A DNA stretch of 15,669 bases. Source: Salpingoeca rosetta. Lineage: Eukaryota; Protista; Choanoflagellata. The position numbers and the translations under genes were made by a program. Under the pieces are notes generated by a model. That model did not search any database and was not told the DNA's origin. It saw nothing but the letters and a program-made list of their open reading frames with translations. This document shows positions 9,247 through 15,669 of the stretch, in pieces. The stretch covers positions 699,190 through 714,858 of the forward strand of contig JAWQFM010000015.1 of NCBI GenBank assembly GCA_033442325.1, read 5' to 3'. Within the stretch, counting starts at the first letter, position 1, and each line of letters begins with the position of its first letter.

Positions 9247-12200
9247 ATGCGAGCAAGACGCACGCTGGTGGCTGTGGTTGTGGCTGTGGCGGTGATCGCC
9301 ATGGCAGTGACGAGCGTGCAGGCGAGGGTCTTGGTGGGACAGGGACCAAAGGCGCCGAAGACCGATTTGGCGTTTCACAATGAACAGGCGCCAGGCGCCT
9401 CCGCCGCCACCACAACCACAACCAATACCACCACATCCACCAGCACCACTGTGGCGACGACTGTCATGCAGCCACAACACCGCATGGTCGTTTCAACAAC
9501 CGCAACCACAACAGCAGCAACCACCACAACCACAACTGCTGCTGCCAACAAGAAGACAGCCGCAACCACAGGTGCAGCAACCACCACCACAACAACCGCA
9601 ACCACCACCACCACCACAACAACAACCACAGCAGCAGACGTCAACAAGACAACAACGACGACGGAGCAGAGGTTCAACATCTTTGGTGATTTCCGTCCCA
9701 ATCCACCAACAACTACCACGCGAGCGCGGGCAACGACCACCGGGACAGCGTCCGATCGCGTTGCAGACAAAACGCCAACGACAACAACAGATGGGCTTCG
9801 GCCATTCGTTGGTGGCACCACCACAACGGGCGTGCGGCCACCACCGCCCGATGCACTGACAACGATTACCACGGCAAAACCAGCGGCGCCGCCACCACAC
9901 ACAACAACAACAACAACAACAACGACGACGACGACAACAACAACAGACCGACATCCACAGGCAACAATCACGCGCATTTCCTCCAGCACGAGCGCCAACA
10001 ACGAAGGTCTGACCGTTGCTCCAACCCCGCCAACCACGGTCCCTGACGACAGGCCTCCGCGGGATCCGGGGCTGTTGGGATCGGAGTGGGTTGCCATTGG
10101 CAGTGTTGTGGGCATTGTGGGCCTCATTGTGGGCATCTTCCTCATGCTTCGCACCCGCGGGAGCAGGCGCCAGGACCGCTACCACCTGCCGCAGATTGAG
10201 CTGCACCACCTCCATCAGGGTGGCAGTCGTCATGCACATGGCCACAGACACAGTGCTGGCAGCGGGGGTGCAGGCCGCGGCAACAAGTTTGCACCCTACA
10301 TCGATGGGGACGCATCTGTGATTGCGGACACGGCGGTCGTGGCGCCCGTGCCCGTGACGATCCAGCCGGAGCATGGCGATATGCGCACACGCCCACACGC
10401 GCACGCCCACACGCCGCAGTTTGTTGATGCAGACGGGCGCCCGGTCGCGAAGCGAACGAAGAAGGGCAGTGGCGATGGTCGCAGTTGTGTTGGTGGCAAT
10501 GGTGAAGATGGGTTGGCGGTGCAGGGCGAGTTGTTGCAGCAGCAGCACGAGCACATGATGTCCATCTTCACCGACATGCTGCCGACGTTTGGCGATGGCG
10601 GGAGCGGAAGCATGCTGCACGATCACCAGCGCCAGCAGCCGCATCAGCACAGACACATGCACAGGCAGCACCAGCTGTTGCACTCGTGCGAGTCTGAGGT
10701 GCAGCTGCTGCCGCCCTCACCGTCGGCATCCCCGCTTGACGAAGCGATGCCATTGTGGCCGGTCGTATCGGCCTCATCCACATCCACTATGACAACCACC
10801 ACCACGACTGCCTCCATGGCAACCAGCACCAGTCACACCACCGCCACCACCGCCAGCACCAATCACACCACCGCCAGCACCAGTCACACCACCGCCAGCA
10901 CCGGTACAGCTACGGCGGGAGTGACAGGGGCGGCGCCTGCGCTGTGCGATTCACTGCTGTCGCTTGGGTGCGTGGACGATGCGTGGGACGTGGGGAAGGA
11001 GGATGGCGCGGGGAGTGGTGGTGATGGGCAGGGTGTTGATGGAGGTGATGACAGGGTAATGGAGGGTGGCTGCGCGAAGCGTGCCAGCAGCACAGGTAGT
11101 GGGAGCCATGCAAGCAGCGGCAGCAGCCCAGGCAGTGGGGTGTCCGTGAGCGGTGGCAGTGGTGTTGAGGGAGGTGCACGGGATGCAGGGCGAGAGGCGT
11201 ACTTGGAGATGGCGCTGGCGCTGCTGGCAAAGGTCAACGCGTACAACAGCAGCCGATACGGCGACACGCCCAGCGACAGCGACAGCGACGCAAAGGAGGC
11301 GAGCGACGACGCGCACAGCCACAGCACGGGCACCAACGACAGCAGCACGAGCCCTGTGCTGGAGGAGGCAAGCGATGGTGTGCACGAGGGCGTGCATGAT
11401 GTGAGTGGAGTGGCGACGGACCCGCGGGTGCTGGAGGTTGACGCTGCGCTGCTGCTGTCGTGCGCGTGTGTTCTCGATCGCATGGACGGCCTGTGCGCAG
11501 CAGCGAAGCTGCACCCCGTGCTGGACGTGACGAGCAACGACGGTGATGGTGATGGTGATGGTGATGTTGATGGTGATGGTGATGATGGTGATGGTGTTGG
11601 TGCGGCTGCTGAGGAGGAGGAGGGGATGAGAAGTGTTGACGGGAATCGTGCTGGTCGTGCACAGCAGCGTGATAAGCAAGAACAGACGACAACGACAGCA
11701 CCAGCGGCAATGCTGGCGAGAACAAGGGCGAAAATGGCCAAGACGGGCCTGCTGCGGGTAAATGTACTGCAGCTGTTGGCCAAGGGTCGGTTATCGCACA
11801 GCGTGGGCAAGGCGCTGCTGCACTTTCTCAAGACCAGCGACATCATAGCCACCCCCGCATATGTGGACGAGTGTGACACGAGCGGACACACGCCGCTCAT
11901 GAATGCGTGCATGCTTGGGCACGAAGACGTGGCGGCCGTTCTCGTGCAGCGGCTGGGCGCCAACGTCATGATGCAAGACGGATACGAGCGCACGTGCCTG
12001 CACCAGGCGGTCATCTACCAGCAGCACGCCATTGTGTCGATGCTGCTGCTGCTGCGGTGGCAGCAGTCTGCGCGGGGCATGTACGCGTCGCTGATCCACA
12101 CACGCGACCGCAACGGGTGGCCGCCGCTGATATGGGCGGTGGTGCTGGAGGATGCGCGCAGCGTCACGGACCTGGTTGGCGCGGCGCACCACGACGCAGG

Positions 12201-12519
12201 CACGGGCACCTCGCGCATGCCGGTGGTGGACAAGGATGCGCTGACGACGCGCGCAGGCAGCACGTGCCTGCACGTGGCGGCGGAGCGCGGGCTGGTGGAG
12301 ATGGCGCGAACCATCTGCGATGCGTGCACGCGCACGTCGCTCATGATGCTGCTGCACCTGAAAGACAGCCAGCGGCAGGACGTGTTTGCGGTTAACGCGT
12401 GCAAGCTGCACGATGCGCAGCAGCATGGCGCCCACGCCGACGCGCACCACACCAGCACCCACGCGCACATTGGCCGCATCCTCATGCAGGCCAAGCAGCG
12501 CGTCTTTACTGCGACGTGA
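9247..12519 (+). CDS. Intronless type I membrane protein: signal peptide, Thr-rich mucin-like ectodomain, TM helix, NLS-like motif, C-terminal ankyrin repeats (~1090 aa)
   Basis: ATG 9247 gives a classic signal peptide (MRARRTLVAVVVAVAVIAMAVTSVQA). Poly-Thr/Pro stalk at ~9400-10050. Hydrophobic helix WVAIGSVVGIVGLIVGIFLML (10087-10149) followed by basic RTRGSRR. Basic cluster RPVAKRTKK (10438-10464). Ankyrin consensus units at ~11863-12330: DTSGHTPLMNACMLGHEDVAAVLV, DGYERTCLHQAVIYQQHAIVSMLL, DRNGWPPLIWAVV, TRAGSTCLHVAAERGLVEMARTI. Confidence 0.85.
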   Translation: MRARRTLVAVVVAVAVIAMAVTSVQARVLVGQGPKAPKTDLAFHNEQAPGASAATTTTTNTTTSTSTTVATTVMQPQHRMVVSTTATTTAATTTTTTAAANKKTAATTGAATTTTTTATTTTTTTTTTAADVNKTTTTTEQRFNIFGDFRPNPPTTTTRARATTTGTASDRVADKTPTTTTDGLRPFVGGTTTTGVRPPPPDALTTITTAKPAAPPPHTTTTTTTTTTTTTTTDRHPQATITRISSSTSANNEGLTVAPTPPTTVPDDRPPRDPGLLGSEWVAIGSVVGIVGLIVGIFLMLRTRGSRRQDRYHLPQIELHHLHQGGSRHAHGHRHSAGSGGAGRGNKFAPYIDGDASVIADTAVVAPVPVTIQPEHGDMRTRPHAHAHTPQFVDADGRPVAKRTKKGSGDGRSCVGGNGEDGLAVQGELLQQQHEHMMSIFTDMLPTFGDGGSGSMLHDHQRQQPHQHRHMHRQHQLLHSCESEVQLLPPSPSASPLDEAMPLWPVVSASSTSTMTTTTTTASMATSTSHTTATTASTNHTTASTSHTTASTGTATAGVTGAAPALCDSLLSLGCVDDAWDVGKEDGAGSGGDGQGVDGGDDRVMEGGCAKRASSTGSGSHASSGSSPGSGVSVSGGSGVEGGARDAGREAYLEMALALLAKVNAYNSSRYGDTPSDSDSDAKEASDDAHSHSTGTNDSSTSPVLEEASDGVHEGVHDVSGVATDPRVLEVDAALLLSCACVLDRMDGLCAAAKLHPVLDVTSNDGDGDGDGDVDGDGDDGDGVGAAAEEEEGMRSVDGNRAGRAQQRDKQEQTTTTAPAAMLARTRAKMAKTGLLRVNVLQLLAKGRLSHSVGKALLHFLKTSDIIATPAYVDECDTSGHTPLMNACMLGHEDVAAVLVQRLGANVMMQDGYERTCLHQAVIYQQHAIVSMLLLLRWQQSARGMYASLIHTRDRNGWPPLIWAVVLEDARSVTDLVGAAHHDAGTGTSRMPVVDKDALTTRAGSTCLHVAAERGLVEMARTICDACTRTSLMMLLHLKDSQRQDVFAVNACKLHDAQQHGAHADAHHTSTHAHIGRILMQAKQRVFTAT

Positions 12520-12707
12520 TTGATGTGTGTATTGGTGTGGTTGATGTGTGTATTGGTGTGCGATAGTGTGTGCGTGTGTGTGTGGTGTGTGTGTGTGTGT
12601 GTGCGATAGTGTGTGGTGTGTGTGTGTTGACATGACTGTGAGCGAAAGGTGTTTGCCTGCCAGGATTTTGTGACCCGACATGATAATTCGTAGCGCGACT
12701 GGACCAG

Positions 12708-12718
12708 AATAAAATAAA
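12708..12718 (+). terminator. Overlapping AATAAA hexamers: candidate poly(A) signal of the ankyrin receptor gene
   Basis: AATAAAATAAA lies ~190 bp after the stop at 12519 and ~85 bp before the USO1 ATG. It could instead be an AT-rich promoter element of USO1. Confidence 0.35.
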
Positions 12719-12803
12719 TTCTTCTACTGCAGCAGAGAGGCAACGGCTGGTGTCTGTTGTGGAGCTGTTGTGTTTGGCACCCGAGAAAGTGAAAGGAGCG
12801 AGG

Positions 12804-14923
12804 ATGAGCTTTCTGTTTGCTGGCAAGGCCGACGAGCCTGAGCCAACGCCAGCCGATATGGTGTGTGTGTGTATGTGTACGACGGAAGGTGTTTGGGGGA
12901 GGAGAGCTGTTCTGAGGGATGGGTGCTGGTGTTTTTGAGAAGGATGTTCTTCATGTCTGGATGACTGGATGACTGAATGACTGAATGACTGGCGCATGCA
13001 TCTGTCTCGCTCCCTCACACACTTATGCACATGCACGCTGTAGGTGGAGAAGCTGCTGACGCGGCTGAGCACGGCAGTGAACCTGGATGACAGGCGTGGG
13101 GCCGTGCGCGGGCTCAGGCTGTACAGCCAGAAATACAAGGTGCGTGGTTGAGAGTGTGTGCGCGTGCGTGCGTGCGTGCGTGTGTGTGTGTGTGAGTGTG
13201 TGAGTGTGTGTGAGTGTGTGTGAGTGTGTATGTGTGTGTGTGAGTGTGTGCGTGTGTGTGAGTGTGTGCGTGTGTGTGAAACAGAGTGCGTGTGCGTGTG
13301 TATGTGCGCCTGAGAGACGGTGTGAGTGGGTACATTTTAGATGTTGGACGCTCATGAAGCCCCACTGTCCCTCGTTCTACAGGTGGTTGTGGGCAGTCAG
13401 GCCATCATGGCGCTGGTGGACGTGCTGAAGGACGATCGAGCGGACGTGGAAATGTGCAACCTGGCGCTGGAGACGCTCATCAACCTCACCGCCCCAGACA
13501 AGGAGGTGAGGCACCACCGCGAAGAGGAGAGTCATGAGGCAAACCAGGAAGAGGAGAAACACAGGAGATGCCATCAAGCGAGCGCATCAGTGGTGAGGTT
13601 TAGCAGGTAGAATATGCGCAGCTCACGGTCAACTGCTTTGCATTGTCCCGACAGTATCCGGAAGGAGAGACCCCACCTGACACGGACACGGGCGTCATGT
13701 TCACGGAGATGTTTGTCAAGGAGCCGGTGGGTTTGTTGCTGGGGGCGGGGGTGGTGGTTGAGGTGGAAGTGGTAGAGAGGATTGGAGGAGGTCCCGGGAG
13801 AGAGGACTGCTGCTGTGTTGGGGTGTATGTGTAAGCGCATATGCGTGTGTTTGCAGTGATGAGTTAGCTTCCTAACATCTCGTCGTGACTGCTCGCTGCT
13901 GAATCGCTTGCACAGGACCACGTGTTGCTGCTGCTGTCACTGCTGGAGGAGAAGGACCTGCACGTGAGGTGGGGAGTGAGGCTGTGTGGTCGCTGTTTGA
14001 TTGTATGCTGGTTGCTGTGCAGTTTGCATGTTGTGTGCTGCTTGTGGTGTTTGTGAAACGTGTATTGCGTGTTGCGTGCTCAGAGGGTGCGACATGGGTG
14101 CATCATGGGCGCTGATAATGTGATGGTGATGTGACGGCAGGCTGAACACGGTGAAGCTGCTCACAAATCTCTTCAACAACCGGCCAAAGCTGCTGCAGGT
14201 GAGAGGCGTGGGGTGAAGTGAAGTGACACGTGTGTGTGTGTACGTGCGTGTGTGTGCGTGTGAGTGTACGTGCGAATGTGTGCGTGTGAGTGTACGTGTG
14301 TGTGTGTACGTGTGTGTTTACGTGTGTATGTGCGTGTGTTTAATGTGCGTGTGTATGTGCGTGCGTGGATGTGTGCATGAATCCTCTCACGCCTGCTTCC
14401 ATGTGCGGCAACGGTTGTGTAGGAGAGCATCATGCTTGAGCCCGTTGCGTGTGCGCGCCTGATGGACCTGCTACAGGAGCGTAGAGACATCATCAGGAAC
14501 GAGGTGTGTGTTGTGTGTACATATGTATACTCTTGTGTGTGTGTGTGTGTTCGTGTGTGGGGACTTGTGTGTACATCGCGTGCGTGCCTACGTGTGGGGA
14601 CACCAGGCATGGAACCAGTGTGGGAAAGTGTGGGTAGTGTTCAAGGGAGACGGAGTGACACACTTTGATGATTTCAACACATTGACACGCACGCACACAT
14701 ACAATCATGCGCATGCGTGCGTTGCAGGGCCTGCTGCTGATGATTGGACTGACGAAAGGCAACACGCAGATCCAGAAGTTGGTGGCGTTTCAAAACGCAT
14801 TTGAGGAGACAGTCAACATCATTCAGGAGGTGATGTGTACATGCGGGCGCAGTAGTAGTGTGAACGGGAGGGGCAGTGGTGTGCTTTGTGTGTGTGTGTG
14901 TGTGCTTTGAGTGTGTGTGCTTT

Positions 14924-14977
<54 letters not shown>

Positions 14978-15664
14978 GCGCTGATGAGAGGAGGGAAGGA
15001 GTCGGAAGGGCAAACCCCACGACCGCTTTTCTCACATGCTGCAACGTACGCGCATGTATCCATGTGCACGTGTGTGTTTGATGGCGTGTGACAGGAGGGC
15101 AACAGCGAGGGCGGGATCATCGTCGACGACTGCCTGAAGCTGCTCCTCAACCTCGTCATCGACAACACCTCAAACCAAAACTTCTTCCGGGAGTCCAGGT
15201 GTGTGTGTGTGTGTGTGAGTGCGTAAGAGTGAGTGAGTGAGTGAGTGAGTGAGTGCGTGAGTGAGTGAGTGGGCGAGTGAGTGCGTGAGTGCGTGAGTGC
15301 GTGCGTGCGTGCGTGAGTGAGTGAGTGAGTGAGTGAGTGGGTGAGTGAGTGAGTGAGTGAGTGTGAGTGTGTATGTGTGTGTGTGAGCGTGTGTGTGCGT
15401 GTGTGTATTCTTGGGGTGACGTTGTTGAAGGGGAGAGCGAGTTTGTACGTCTGTTTGCTTATATTCACACTCAAATCCGCCACGCTCATTCCCTCCCCCT
15501 GGCCCCCATGCCATGACCACCGCTGCACCAGTCTGTTCCCGCGGCTGGTGCCGTTTTTCCAGCAGACGGACCCTGCGGCGGAGGAGTGGGGCCAGCAGCG
15601 CGTCAGGAACGTCGTCAAGATGCTTGAGTTCATTCGCGTCTTCGTTGCCCCAGCCGTCTCCCAG
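12804..15664 (+). CDS. USO1: General vesicular transport factor p115/Uso1, N-terminal armadillo head (partial; continues past the window)
   Basis: Exons: 12804-12860, 13044-13139, 13383-13505, 13655-13726, 13916-13968, 14141-14198, 14423-14503, 14728-14829, 15095-15198, 15532-15664 (last boundary provisional). GT-AG and in frame. Family motifs: LDDRRGAVRGLR, RLMDLLQERRDIIRNEGLLL, IQKLVAFQNAFE, EGNSEGGIIVDDCLKLLLNL..NTSNQNFFRE. Confidence 0.95.
15227..15370 (+). repeat. (GAGT)n/(GCGT)n tetranucleotide microsatellite in USO1 intron 9
   Basis: Directly visible; produces many copies of GTGAGT. Confidence 0.9.
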
Positions 15665-15669
15665 GTGTT

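Noticed and set aside
10747-10770. MPLWPV as a Notch RAM (hydrophobic-W-hydrophobic-P) CSL-binding motif
   Set aside because: Spacing is W-P rather than W-x-P and it lies ~200 aa from the membrane. With no EGF, LNR or NOD domains, the gene is not called Notch.
10822-10902. 21-bp coding tandem repeat (STSHTTA-like, ~3 copies) in the receptor tail
   Set aside because: Simple local duplication inside a low-complexity linker; nothing suggests a specific function.
12519-12625. 21-bp duplication (TTGATGTGTGTATTGGTGTG) and repeated CGATAGTGTGTG in the receptor 3' UTR
   Set aside because: Consistent with slippage within a GT microsatellite.
9375-12743. Long minus-strand ORFs opposite the ankyrin receptor (259, 396, 376, 296, 242 aa)
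   Set aside because: GC-rich antisense shadows; the plus-strand frame carries the signal peptide, TM and ankyrin motifs.

Overview
Eukaryotic, intron-rich, compact genomic DNA packed with (CA)n/(GT)n microsatellites. The style and animal-like gene content suggest a unicellular holozoan, most likely a choanoflagellate such as Salpingoeca rosetta (inference). Left to right: (1) the probable 3' end of an LTR retrotransposon (ORF tail, polypurine tract, ~395-bp TG...CA LTR); (2) a non-coding stretch with a perfect three-unit heat-shock element and bZIP-type sites; (3) an 8-exon minus-strand HYLS1 centriole/ciliogenesis gene; (4) head-to-head with it, 112 bp away, an 8-exon ZFAND2B/AIRAPL-like gene (two AN1 fingers, VIM-like motif, UIM, CAAX); (5) a long low-complexity minus-strand orphan ORF; (6) divergent from that, an intronless ~1090-aa type I membrane protein with signal peptide, Thr-rich mucin stalk, GxxxG transmembrane helix, NLS-like basic motif and C-terminal ankyrin repeats; (7) the first 10 exons of USO1/p115. 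All exon chains were assembled by hand using GT-AG junctions and checked for frame. The most novel candidate is the mucin-TM-ankyrin receptor, which has a Notch-like topology but no EGF/LNR domains. Second is a recurring GU-rich 5' / AC-rich 3' intron architecture that might bridge splice sites by base-pairing. Most ORFs in the supplied track are microsatellite or antisense shadows.
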